A stretch of DNA of 64,000 bases. Source: a virus. A program made the position numbers and the translations under genes. Location: the IMG/VR virus record IMGVR_UViG_3300045971_000354, positions 32,001 to 96,000 of that record. One strand, given 5' to 3'. Each line of letters begins with the position of its first letter. Positions within the stretch are counted from its first letter, which is position 1. Positions 37,001 through 44,783 of the stretch are shown here, in pieces. The notes beneath the pieces were generated by a model that did no database searches, was not told the DNA's origin, and was given only the letters and a program-made list of their open reading frames with translations.

Positions 37001-40000
37001 ATCATAGAAGCTACAGTTCCATCACCATACGATTTATCTGAACTATTTTATCTTTCTACTGGTGCGTATGTTAAAGTGCAGAACGGCGGTGATGGTAGAT
37101 ATTTAATATTAAGCAAGACTTCGGGTACAGGCGGAACATTTGACAGCGATTGGAACATTGTCTATTCAGAAAACGGCACAATACAATTCTTAGATTCTAT
37201 TTGGAATTCAACTAACACTGTTTTTTCGTGGGATCAGATTGTTGGATTTGATGTTACTAGCTATGATCAAACTCCTGATGCTGAAATAAAGTATATTCTA
37301 GATGCATTAAAGGATGATATATTTGTTAATGAGTTTAAAGGATATTGGAATAAATTATTCTTAAAGGCAGTTCGATACGCATTAAGCGAACAGAAGTCTC
37401 TTGACTGGGCATTTAAAACAACATTTATTAGTGTAGTTAACAGTGCCGGCAGCTTAGATCAACGTCATACCTATAAGTTACAAAATGCTTCTTACTATGA
37501 AGATTTCTTAAATGAAATTAAACCGTATCATACAAAGATTCGTAAGTTTACAGAAGTATATACAGCTACTGATTTATCTCACAGCTTTAACACTGATTTT
37601 GATTTGCCGTCATTCTATGATAAACGCACTCTATCATTTAACACACCTTCGGCATATGAATTAACTCAATACCCTTGGAAAGCATGGAATGATAATCACG
37701 GATACGGTGTCTCAGTTATTAATATTTCAAACAATGGTGGTGGGTATACATCAACACCTATAGTAACTATTATTCCTGCTGTTGGTGATACTGGTGCCGG
37801 TGCAGAAGCAATTGCTTTTATATCATTAGGTACTGTAAATCGTATTATTGTTACTAACCCGGGAAGGGGTTATACAATAACACCTACTATAAAGATCAGT
37901 GGCGGCGGAAGCACTACTTTAAATTCTGCACAAGCTTATGCACAGCTCGGCGGAAGTCCAGTTCGTGCAAATAAAGTAAGAATGAAATTTGATCGAGTTT
38001 CAACAACTAGAGAAATTGGCAATCAGTATTTCTCACAAGTGTTTGTTGGTAATGGTATTGACTCTAATTTTAACTTAAAGTGGCTACCTCTTAACGATAA
38101 AACAACTATTTCGTTGACTAAAAATGGCATTCTACAGTTAAGTACTGATTATTCATTACTATTCTATAGTACGGCATACAAAACTCAATACGGACGAGCA
38201 AATAATTCTTACCTTAAGAAGTATGCGAGTTTGCAAATGTCGTATATTCCTGAGATTGGGGATGTTATTGAAATCACTTATCCTAAGAGTTTAGAACTAT
38301 ACACCGCAGTTGACAGAGTAGAAGATTACTATGCACCTAACGCAGGGATGCCTGGAAAAGAAATTGCACAAGTAATGAAAGGTGCAGAATATCCGGGAGT
38401 TTCGGTAGATACACTTCCACTTAACTTTGCCCAAGGTTGGTCGGGTACTGAAAGCGGCTGGGATAGTGCAGCATGGGATAATGCAGGATTAGTAGAAGGC
38501 TATTTGTCGTTTGCGACAACTGCATCGAGCCTTGCTCCTTTAACAATTCCGTTTGTTATTAATTCGGGTACACAGTTGAATGTCTATATTCAAGATATTA
38601 GCACAAACACATCTGTTGCACGAAGAATTGATGGCAGCTCTACCTCATCCTTAGTTCAAACAATTTTTGGTATTGGATCAGGTGCAATTGATAGAATTGA
38701 AGTTCCGGTTCCTGGTGCAGGATACGATGCAGCATTTCTTGATGTATTTGTAGCACCTCCGACTTCGCCGACTGGTAGAATTGCAAAAATTACTCCGAAT
38801 GTTTCAACCGGATCGATTGTTAGTTTTACTATTACCGATCAAGGAAGTGGATATCTTGTTGCTCCTGTAATTACAATTATTGAAAAACTAACTACAGGGC
38901 ATTCTACTAGCACAGTTACTATTCCTGCATTTGCTAATGCGATTATTAAGTCTGAATTTACTGCAACAAATACAACAGGTACAATTTCGTCGATACAAAT
39001 TCCTAGTAGTGTACTTACTGCTAGTACTTCATTAATTGTATTCCGCGAGTCAACTAGTGACGGTACAACGACTCCTACCGATGCCGACAGTTTAGATGCA
39101 TTAGTTTCCGGCGGCACATGGGATAAACTTACTGGTAAACTTAGTGGAGCATTAGGAGTTACTCCGGGTGATATAATTGTTGACGGCGATTCGTTCTTGT
39201 CAGCAGTTAGCAGCTATGCTCCTGAAGAATTTGTTCCAGGGCAAATTCAAGAAGCATTTGGAATTAGTGTTTATACAAAACCTCCAGTTGCTGCTCCGTT
39301 AATTGTTAATAAAAAGTATTGGGTAGACGGAACTATGTTAACTTATAAGTTAGGTACTACTCCGAGTAATCGAGATTCTGTTATTGCCACTTTCAATGGT
39401 CAAAAATTAGTTTCTAGTAGATACACTATAGACTTTGATGCTAATACTTTTACCTTTACTAATATAAATCCCGGTACCGGATGGTTAAGTTTAACTAGTA
39501 TGGGAGCAGGCACTGACTCTTTACTAAACTATACTACTGCGGTAAACGCAACTAGTTCTACAATAATTACTACCCCGGTTGCATATTCGGATGTTAAGAG
39601 TTCCTATGTAACTGTAAACGGTGTATCTATTTTAGAAAATGTAGACTATACACTAACAAGCGATAAATCTAGAGCTAAGTTTACTATAACTGCACCCGGC
39701 GTCATTCAGACATACTTGTTTAGTAAACCGTTTAAGTCATTCAGTGAAGTAACTGAGCAAATTATTATTTCAACAGGTACATCTACAACTTATGTATTAA
39801 CTCAACCTCCAGGGACAGTCGGCCCGTTCCATAACCAAGTAATTATTACAAAGAACGGATTAAGAATGTTACCTCCGGTGACTACTTATTATGAAGTTAC
39901 TAACGGACAACGGTCTTTTGATATTAGTTCGACAATTGTTTTTGATAGTGGAAAAGTTGATCTCCGACATTTAGAAGTTTATGTAAACGGAAAACGATCA

Positions 40001-41308
40001 AACACATTTGACTTTTGGAATTTTAATCAATCTGCAAATAAAGTTGTGTTTAAAAATGCAGCCTTAGTTGACGGTGATGTTATTGCAATTGTAGTAAAAC
40101 GAGATAACGAATACTTAATTGAGAATAATCAGTTAGAATTAATTTCTCCGTCTGCACCTAACGATGAATATCATATTACAGCGTTTACCAATCACGATCC
40201 TGATTTTATCAGAACAGAACGGTATACCGGTCGCGCTAGTAATCAATATGTTATGCAACGAAAAATAGTCGATGTTTCGTATGTATGGGTTTCTTACAAC
40301 GGTACCCCGTTGACTGCTAGCTTAGATTATAGTATTGATGCTACGAATAATGCAGTTCGAATCAGGGAAGGGATTTTTACAAGTCCCGACGATATTGTAA
40401 TTATAACAAGCTTTGCTGACTATATTCCACTTGATGTAACTGGATATAAAATCTTTAGAGATATGTTAGGTCGTACTCATTATAAGAGACTGAGTGCTCC
40501 TGATACTACTGAACTATTATTACCTTTGTCAATGGATGATGCTACTATCACTGTTAAGGACAGCAGTGTCTTAACCCCGGGACAACCTGCAAGAAATATA
40601 CCCGGAGTTGTTATGATCGATAAAGAACGTATTGAATTCTTTACAATCTCAGGGAATGTGCTCGGTCAATTGAGAAGAAGCACATTAGGAACTGCACCTA
40701 AGCCTGTGTATGATATTGGTACTTTAGTAATGGATCACGGAACAACCCAAAATGTTCCAGTTAACGAAGTTGTACAAAAGTTTGTAGTTACTGCTACTAC
40801 AACTGCTTCAGTTGTTGCAGGATATGTTTTAGATGGGATAACATTTGCTGCTAACACCCCGTATACTGATCAAGTTGAAGTACGATATGCAGGCCGCATG
40901 TTAATGAAACCGTTTATTGATCCTACAAATATTACAGTAACATACAATAACATAGCATATGATAGCGATCCTGCTCTAGATATTTTAGTAAATCCCGGAT
41001 TTGCAATCAATGCAGGCGGCGTACTGACCATTTCAACCAACAGCAACTTTATTCTTACAGAAGGTGCAAGATTAGAGGTTACTAAACGAATGTCTAATAT
41101 TTGGTACGATAGTCCAGCTTCAACGCTTACCCTTGCTAAAAATACAACTGCACAGGCTAAATTCTTAGCTGAAAAACCAGCAGCTTTACCGGCTGCAATT
41201 ATTTCATCAGCTCCGATTAATGTAACTGCTACTAGTGCAGTCTTGTATACAGAAACTGGCAGCATATTAACTGATGAAAATGGTAACCCATTAGAGGGCG
41301 GTATATAA
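28025..41308 (+). CDS. Giant (4427 aa) baseplate wedge/virion structural protein (gp7-like position)
   Basis: Follows gp6. N-terminal LLPGYLRTDKNTKFL. Internal FG-GAP-like, GxGY and W..Y..G..V repeats. Confidence 0.7.
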   Translation: MASRDISKPVDINNSSVTRRSSDLLPGYLRTDKNTKFLASTLDQFIQQPELERVNGFVGSKESVNYNASTDNYIDGGTPLRNAYQLEPSLVIKDVQGAINIALGYDDLINELGFSGADTSNLDRMFRPRSHSYDPRIDWDKFVNYNQYYWMPLGPDVIEITGLQKHTVSTYSVTDSADGNSLIFMPDGLTPTPLLTLYRGMTYIFNVTSKYSFYIKTSYVIGASNLYEGASGNGSKNGQVVLTVDDFTPNTLFYFAEGNPNAIGQISIKTLSEDTVIDVDASIVGKETFTANNGITLSNGMKIKFAGSVTPAYYENKEFFVEGVGSAIVLVDFASLTNVGTGTTNIDPNFDATPFDQYPFDDFQFLPLTPEYITSNRASPDANPWARYNRWVHKDVIAVTATANNVPLVYPNEMRAHRPIVEFVAGLQLYNSGAIAKQYVDLIDTSTANAFSTVEGTPGFYIDGVLVEQGHRVIFNADTDSLVRGKIYEVKFVIINNQQIINLEETLDSTPFINNAVLAIRGTQYAGSNWWFNGDKWVFGQQKTLTNQLPLFELYDNQGNRFSDQSIYQSSFLGTRVFNYAVGTGSNDPVLGFPFTYRNISSVGEYLFNNYYMTDKFNNFKNGAVEVINVSTGFLKLNDATGNSTFITVWSPAATRAVSVNSSRFYEPPTNLTNNPLNGSITDFSFSELSDHAKTIADNNSKFIGVFPGTNNLRDLKNISTFGTRLVSHDNPMSFAHYFLGTKENNIIDAIRKVSNDYNQFKSVLLRNIPKFKGTYTAAETLDNILVSLNSTKDTTASYNYSDMLAHGSSNVSRKFTVTDSRNVRYSLASLFDDSILSERAVLVYVNDSILVNKHDYLIEQYTPTITISKPLVKGDIITILDYSSTVGSFVPSTPTKLGLYPKFAPKIYVDDTYITPQCVIQGHDGNIMIAFTSVDAFKNNNIDDRDLVIMEYESRIFNNLKIQYNPELLDINSIIPGAFRKTDFLPNEITKFITPDFLRWASYFGVDYQTKVSDGHPFTYNYSGSFDSISNAPVSGYWRNIYKHFFDTDRPHTHPWEMLGFTEQPIWWESVYGPAPYTSGNGVMWKDLEDGRIASGTRAGIDSMYARPGLHKIIPVDASGVLLDPIDAGITDTTNISLEVSLWQAGDCAPAETTWRRSSYWPFVCQVVLALANPASYAALCFDPSRMHKNIAGQYKYGTSGIFLNPTNVLLFRDTVNNTRVLSSGYSVFVIEAGIARNINYLNVLNSDFANLDYNLMVKLGGFASKEKLQVGIDSVDPTSTYAGSLVPSEDYTIFYNQSSPIDSINISGLVIQKTERGWMVKGYDKYRPYFTIFTPFTSAFDQAEQVGGVSAPYVNWAPNTTYNIGDIVFNSDRYYRVLARHNSDTTFNKVYYQSLPYLPIVGGASVLRRTVFDTSETIINYGSEYYSVQDVDDLIMGYGKWLESKGFVFNEYNGDLDHVLDWSFSAREFLYWTTQNWAPNSIITLSPFANKLVFQSDVGVVNSITDSFYEYSLLKADGGAFPEHNFSIVRLDGVFSLSTVNTTDGIYFARLNLVQKEHALVLNNFTMFNDVVYDVESGYRQRRVKLKGFRTANWNGDFFSPGFIFDQAIINDWQKFTDYGVGEVVRFSGKYYSAPKTTPGTSAFNINQWIPLGDKPTPRLLPNFDYKINQFEDFYSLDIDNFDVGQQAMAQHLTGYTPRPYLNYIIGDPIAQYKFYQGFIRDKGSRASLNNLSKVSLNNFQTSVDFNEEWAFRIGHYGGFNTYQELEISLESNKFLENPQIIEFVPTKPIGTSNIVYYKDASDVVVKPDNFDITCVFVTTSTSNIIKLPIAGYVRFDDVSATVYNRSNILNITNNSTLLEGDTFWMGFRPDGEWDVLRLSKQPSAISDLAVYIPASSMIFSTYSSHNLAVGDLISVTKIDPAVNACYEVIEILSTTEFIVASSLTSLPSIATPINGALFVFSSSRVTTFDDIASIPYLERWKVGEKIWADPIDENDTWKVYEKNDNYQPVGNNFTDGTNQPGQNFGSAIAGSSDHKFIISSAPNYISLTSSGTVFVSYRDVLKTAPEIFSSYTLNDGLGGGYYTGNTPTLFGATLIFNQTARMVIAGAPLTSQVRSVYPGTAIVNVNGATNTGTVNQGVVKLSLLKDANSNFAEWADSTATVTVISESPATYFGASLAYSATNGRLIVGAPGSNSIYGYTVSVSTSSVSVVKSGSIVGYAGGLKFGTSLTGNLDLSMFAVTDPLHVSTLGSSGTIHVYYNNWPISSISSQSITGDDLPIPMQAGDTFASSIKMTQDGKMLIAGSPYAYDPVFGTKTGVVDIFIYNGIKFVHSQRIHASTVSLDTKFGYQVDVNDNVNSLVIAAHSQFASASATFDKYVYNDPLLSLKPVSTTFDSNSTVFYSSENNTGDSNIVHNYVKSPTGSKWVYAQDLTVPGTTATDSFGSAIFLNDNSIYVGAPGFSSVGVASNGQISIFDKTDINANSWNIFRQQEPLVDLEPIKRSITIENISEQVKDYLEIIDSVKGKILGTAAAELKYISSYDPALYNIGVDGVTVNSDANWLDEHVGELWWDTSSVKYIWYEQGDLEYRKNNWNNIFPGSTIDVYEWVRSSYLPSEWSAAENTNAGAAAGISGQPKFTNDSVVSVKQFYNSNSNSFSNVYYYWVKNKTTVPSNIPNRKIAASQISQNIANPVGSGVEFLAFISPTAVILANYKSSVITDTVNLNIGFDVINNSANRHTEWALMQENDPNSKPNWLLEKKLIDSLLGHDSINNPVPDPALPSKLKYGIGIRPRQSLFVNRREALRNIIEYSNGILLNNLITGKANFSNLLAADQLPAASTYDSIVEDIYILDLIPTKTLKTAKVSAVVDSVGKITNIIVDPLAAGAGYLTPPTITISDVGTGAEFNVNIDVQGKITSVDVIKGGTGYSTSIALTVRPYTAIVRTDSTSGGKWAKYEWDDVASTWTKTRTQNFDTSIYWKYIDWASADYSNFTIIEATVPSPYDLSELFYLSTGAYVKVQNGGDGRYLILSKTSGTGGTFDSDWNIVYSENGTIQFLDSIWNSTNTVFSWDQIVGFDVTSYDQTPDAEIKYILDALKDDIFVNEFKGYWNKLFLKAVRYALSEQKSLDWAFKTTFISVVNSAGSLDQRHTYKLQNASYYEDFLNEIKPYHTKIRKFTEVYTATDLSHSFNTDFDLPSFYDKRTLSFNTPSAYELTQYPWKAWNDNHGYGVSVINISNNGGGYTSTPIVTIIPAVGDTGAGAEAIAFISLGTVNRIIVTNPGRGYTITPTIKISGGGSTTLNSAQAYAQLGGSPVRANKVRMKFDRVSTTREIGNQYFSQVFVGNGIDSNFNLKWLPLNDKTTISLTKNGILQLSTDYSLLFYSTAYKTQYGRANNSYLKKYASLQMSYIPEIGDVIEITYPKSLELYTAVDRVEDYYAPNAGMPGKEIAQVMKGAEYPGVSVDTLPLNFAQGWSGTESGWDSAAWDNAGLVEGYLSFATTASSLAPLTIPFVINSGTQLNVYIQDISTNTSVARRIDGSSTSSLVQTIFGIGSGAIDRIEVPVPGAGYDAAFLDVFVAPPTSPTGRIAKITPNVSTGSIVSFTITDQGSGYLVAPVITIIEKLTTGHSTSTVTIPAFANAIIKSEFTATNTTGTISSIQIPSSVLTASTSLIVFRESTSDGTTTPTDADSLDALVSGGTWDKLTGKLSGALGVTPGDIIVDGDSFLSAVSSYAPEEFVPGQIQEAFGISVYTKPPVAAPLIVNKKYWVDGTMLTYKLGTTPSNRDSVIATFNGQKLVSSRYTIDFDANTFTFTNINPGTGWLSLTSMGAGTDSLLNYTTAVNATSSTIITTPVAYSDVKSSYVTVNGVSILENVDYTLTSDKSRAKFTITAPGVIQTYLFSKPFKSFSEVTEQIIISTGTSTTYVLTQPPGTVGPFHNQVIITKNGLRMLPPVTTYYEVTNGQRSFDISSTIVFDSGKVDLRHLEVYVNGKRSNTFDFWNFNQSANKVVFKNAALVDGDVIAIVVKRDNEYLIENNQLELISPSAPNDEYHITAFTNHDPDFIRTERYTGRASNQYVMQRKIVDVSYVWVSYNGTPLTASLDYSIDATNNAVRIREGIFTSPDDIVIITSFADYIPLDVTGYKIFRDMLGRTHYKRLSAPDTTELLLPLSMDDATITVKDSSVLTPGQPARNIPGVVMIDKERIEFFTISGNVLGQLRRSTLGTAPKPVYDIGTLVMDHGTTQNVPVNEVVQKFVVTATTTASVVAGYVLDGITFAANTPYTDQVEVRYAGRMLMKPFIDPTNITVTYNNIAYDSDPALDILVNPGFAINAGGVLTISTNSNFILTEGARLEVTKRMSNIWYDSPASTLTLAKNTTAQAKFLAEKPAALPAAIISSAPINVTATSAVLYTETGSILTDENGNPLEGGI

Positions 41309-41401
41309 ATTATGCTAGTAATACCACTAGAAATGCTTAATGATCTCATAATAAATACATCATCTAGCGAAATGAATGCGGAACTTCTTCTTGGAACTTA
41401 A

Positions 41402-42562
41402 ATGACAAAAGTAACACAACTACCAATAGCAACAACTATTACAAATTACGGAGTATTCGTTATCGTTGATGGCGGAATTACTAAACAAATTGGTTGGCAG
41501 ACTTTAAAATCGGGAGCATTCAAAGGCGATACCGGAATACAAGGACCGATCGGTAATACAGGAACACAGGGTATTCAAGGGCCAATCGGAATAACCGGAA
41601 CAGCCGCTACTGTTGTAGTAGGCACTGTAGTTGCGAGTACTGTGACAACAAGTGTTACTGATGTCGGAACACCGGGTAGTGCAATACTTAATTTTGTGTT
41701 ACAGCAAGGTATTCAAGGTATTCAAGGTATTCAAGGACCGATCGGCAATACAGGAACACAAGGTATTCAAGGACCTATCGGATCAACTGGGACATTAGCA
41801 GATCTTCAAATTGGTATAGTTTCTACCGGAACTACTGCTACTGTTGGTATTTCTACTTCAAGCACAATTACAGCGGTATTTACGACATCAACTACTGCTG
41901 CAACAACAGCATCGTCGACGTTAACTACCATTATATTGACAACATCTTCGTCAATATCAACATCTTCGTCGACTGCAACTGTTTTTACTTTAATTACTAC
42001 ATCGACTACTATTTCAACATCTTCGCTAACTGCAACTATTGTTACGACAATTTCTACGGCAACTACTAGATACGGTACATTTCTTAATTTTGTATTACCT
42101 CCGACCCAGTCAACTGTTGGCATTGTTTCACTTACTACCGCTACTACTAGCACAGCAGGTGTGGTTAAAATTGGATCAGGAATTGATGTTTCGTCGAGCG
42201 GCACAATTAGTGTAACTCCGTCTAATGTGGTGTTTACTGGCGGAACTGTTAATAATAGTTCTACATTTACTAATAATCTATCAGTGTACGGAACATTTAC
42301 AGCGGCAACTTTATTAGTTGGCTCAACTGGCATTGGCACAGTGCAATCAACAAACGATCTTTCATTAAAAGCAGCAGGCATTATTACTACTAACGCACCA
42401 TTTGTGTTACCGAGTTATAACTCAACTACAACATTGGCAGCACTTGTTGGCATTCCTGTAGGTGCAACTGTTTTCGTTACAAATGCGCCAGGCGGTGCGC
42501 AACCTTGTTATTTCGACGGAGTACATTGGTATACATTTAACGGCAGAGTTCAGGTTCTATAA
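41402..42562 (+). CDS. Collagen-repeat, Thr/Ser-rich fibre/virion protein
   Basis: Two G-X-Y blocks (GIQGPIGNTGTQGIQGPIG) and a long T/S-rich tract. TAAATA at 41352. Confidence 0.75.
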   Translation: MTKVTQLPIATTITNYGVFVIVDGGITKQIGWQTLKSGAFKGDTGIQGPIGNTGTQGIQGPIGITGTAATVVVGTVVASTVTTSVTDVGTPGSAILNFVLQQGIQGIQGIQGPIGNTGTQGIQGPIGSTGTLADLQIGIVSTGTTATVGISTSSTITAVFTTSTTAATTASSTLTTIILTTSSSISTSSSTATVFTLITTSTTISTSSLTATIVTTISTATTRYGTFLNFVLPPTQSTVGIVSLTTATTSTAGVVKIGSGIDVSSSGTISVTPSNVVFTGGTVNNSSTFTNNLSVYGTFTAATLLVGSTGIGTVQSTNDLSLKAAGIITTNAPFVLPSYNSTTTLAALVGIPVGATVFVTNAPGGAQPCYFDGVHWYTFNGRVQVL

Positions 42563-44115
42563 TGTTACGTTCATATTATGTTGTAGTGAGCGAACCTCGC
42601 TTTAAAGAAGAAATTCATAAAGAACTTCTGGCTGAAAACGGCAGCGATACTGTGCCTGATCGTTCAGTTGAGCATGAAGATTTAATGCCATTTAGTGAAT
42701 ACAATGGCATATTTTTAATGACAGATGCAGAAGCCGAGCGTCTTTCTACTGATTTTAGGGTTACAGATGTTCATTTGAGTGCAGAAGATCAAGGATTTAG
42801 TATTGTTCCCTGTGGTACTAAGCATTATCAATACGATAAAAATACCGCTACACAGACAGCAGCAATGAAAAACTGGGCGTTAGGCAGGTGCATTAGTCCT
42901 ACTGAAAACTTCGGCACCGCGGTTTCTACCTCAACATATACTTATACATTAACCGGTAAAGGGGTTGATGTTGTTATAATGGATACCGGTATTGAACCTA
43001 GTCATCCTGAGTTTGCAGTAAACCCAGATGGTACTGGCGGAACACGAGTAGTATCTATTGACTGGACTGCTTATGGAGTCATAACAAGTACTCCTACTGG
43101 CGGGTTCTTAGGTGATTGTGACGGGCACGGATCTAATTGTGCTAGTATTGCAGCAGGTAATACTTGCGGGTGGGCCAGTGATTCAGCAATTTATAGCATG
43201 CGAATAGTTGGAACAGGGTTGCCGACTGAACACGATATTTTAGATGGTAGAGTATTAGGGCTTGTAAACGAAATAAAAGCATGGCAGACTTTAAGACTAT
43301 TTCACCTTGGGAAAGCAGTTGATCCTTCTACTGGTTATCGTAGGCCTACTATTGTATCTTGTAGTTACGCTTATTTAAACACATATACTAACCTTAAGTC
43401 GATTACTTATAGAGGAGTAGCCTCTTTAACAACAACAACTAACGGCATTTTAGGAGCCCTTGGTCCTGCACAAGGAAATTCTGGGAACAGTCATGGTGTT
43501 CGGTATGCAGCAGTCGAAGCTGAGATTGCATCTGTAATTGCTGCTGGAATTATTGTTGTCGGTGCCGCAGGAAACGATAGTCATAAAATTGAAGTTCCGG
43601 CCGGAGTTGATTATAATAATTATTGGACAAATACTAGTAATCTTAGTTCTTATTACCACCGCGGCGCGACCCCTGGTTCTACACCGGGTGTAATATGTGT
43701 AGGTGCAGTTGCAGCCGCTCTACCTGAACATAAGGTATATTTTAGCTGTGCAGGCCCTCGAGTAAATATTTTTGCTCCAGGATATTACGTCATGGGAGCA
43801 TGGAGCAGTTCGACTTACGCTATTCCTTCAGTGCAAGATCCTCGAAACTCGTTATATTATTTTAGCAAGATTAGCGGCACTAGTCAGGCATGCCCGCAGG
43901 TTACGGGAGTAGGTGCATTATTATTAGAATTACGTCCTTGGATGAATTCAACTGATGTAACTAATGTTTTATCTAGTATTTCTAACAAAAATCAACTTAA
44001 CGAATCGTACTACGGGCAAACTGGAACGTATACAAATTCCGCTAGCTTACAAAGTGGACCAAGTAACTACTTGTATATGGCGTATAACCAGCCTATTCCG
44101 TTAACTATTACCTAG
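42562..44115 (+). CDS. Subtilisin-like serine protease (S8)
   Basis: Catalytic triad VVIMDTG / DGHGSNCAS / ISGTSQACPQVTG, oxyanion GAAGND, and an N-terminal pro-region. Confidence 0.92.
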   Translation: MLRSYYVVVSEPRFKEEIHKELLAENGSDTVPDRSVEHEDLMPFSEYNGIFLMTDAEAERLSTDFRVTDVHLSAEDQGFSIVPCGTKHYQYDKNTATQTAAMKNWALGRCISPTENFGTAVSTSTYTYTLTGKGVDVVIMDTGIEPSHPEFAVNPDGTGGTRVVSIDWTAYGVITSTPTGGFLGDCDGHGSNCASIAAGNTCGWASDSAIYSMRIVGTGLPTEHDILDGRVLGLVNEIKAWQTLRLFHLGKAVDPSTGYRRPTIVSCSYAYLNTYTNLKSITYRGVASLTTTTNGILGALGPAQGNSGNSHGVRYAAVEAEIASVIAAGIIVVGAAGNDSHKIEVPAGVDYNNYWTNTSNLSSYYHRGATPGSTPGVICVGAVAAALPEHKVYFSCAGPRVNIFAPGYYVMGAWSSSTYAIPSVQDPRNSLYYFSKISGTSQACPQVTGVGALLLELRPWMNSTDVTNVLSSISNKNQLNESYYGQTGTYTNSASLQSGPSNYLYMAYNQPIPLTIT

Positions 44116-44128
44116 GATAAATATCACT

Positions 44129-44782
44129 ATGGATACTAACAAAACATCAATTTTAACTACTGCAACAGTGGAATCACACCCAAACGAACACAGCGGTTTA
44201 CACATTCAAGGGCATATTAAAATTTTTGACCCTCAAACTGAAGAAGTTTTCATCAATAAACGCAATGCAATTCATTATGAAAATTTTAGTATCGGGTTAG
44301 CGCAAGCAATGAGTAATCAAGGACAAGGATTTATTTCCGAAATGTGTTTCGGAAACGGCGGAAGCCGCATTGATCCTACAGGAATTATTACTTACCTTAC
44401 TCCAAATGCAGTTGGGTCAAATGCTAGTTTGTATAATCAGACTTATTTTAAGAATATTGATGCTACTAGTTCAAGAGATACAGACCCCTCTAGAAATTTT
44501 ATGGAAGTTCGACATATTACAGGAACTGCGTATAGCGATATTCTAGTAAGTTGCCTACTTGACTTTGGCGAACCATCGGGTCAGCAAGCATTTGATAATG
44601 CAACTTCTTCAGGTACTGCTTATGTATTTGACGAAATTGGATTACGCGGATATAATTTCAACGGAGAAGGTACTGGTATGTTGCTTACTCATGTTATTTT
44701 CCACCCTGTACAAAAGAGTTTAAACAGACTACTTCAAATAGATTACACAGTTCGTATTCAGAGTTTAACTAACGGGGCTTAA
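44129..44782 (+). CDS. Baseplate/virion structural protein
   Basis: Position in the tail module. FGNGG, FDEIGL and HPVQKSLNR..QIDYTVRI. TAAATA lies 5 nt before the ATG. Confidence 0.6.
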   Translation: MDTNKTSILTTATVESHPNEHSGLHIQGHIKIFDPQTEEVFINKRNAIHYENFSIGLAQAMSNQGQGFISEMCFGNGGSRIDPTGIITYLTPNAVGSNASLYNQTYFKNIDATSSRDTDPSRNFMEVRHITGTAYSDILVSCLLDFGEPSGQQAFDNATSSGTAYVFDEIGLRGYNFNGEGTGMLLTHVIFHPVQKSLNRLLQIDYTVRIQSLTNGA

Positions 44783-44783
44783 A

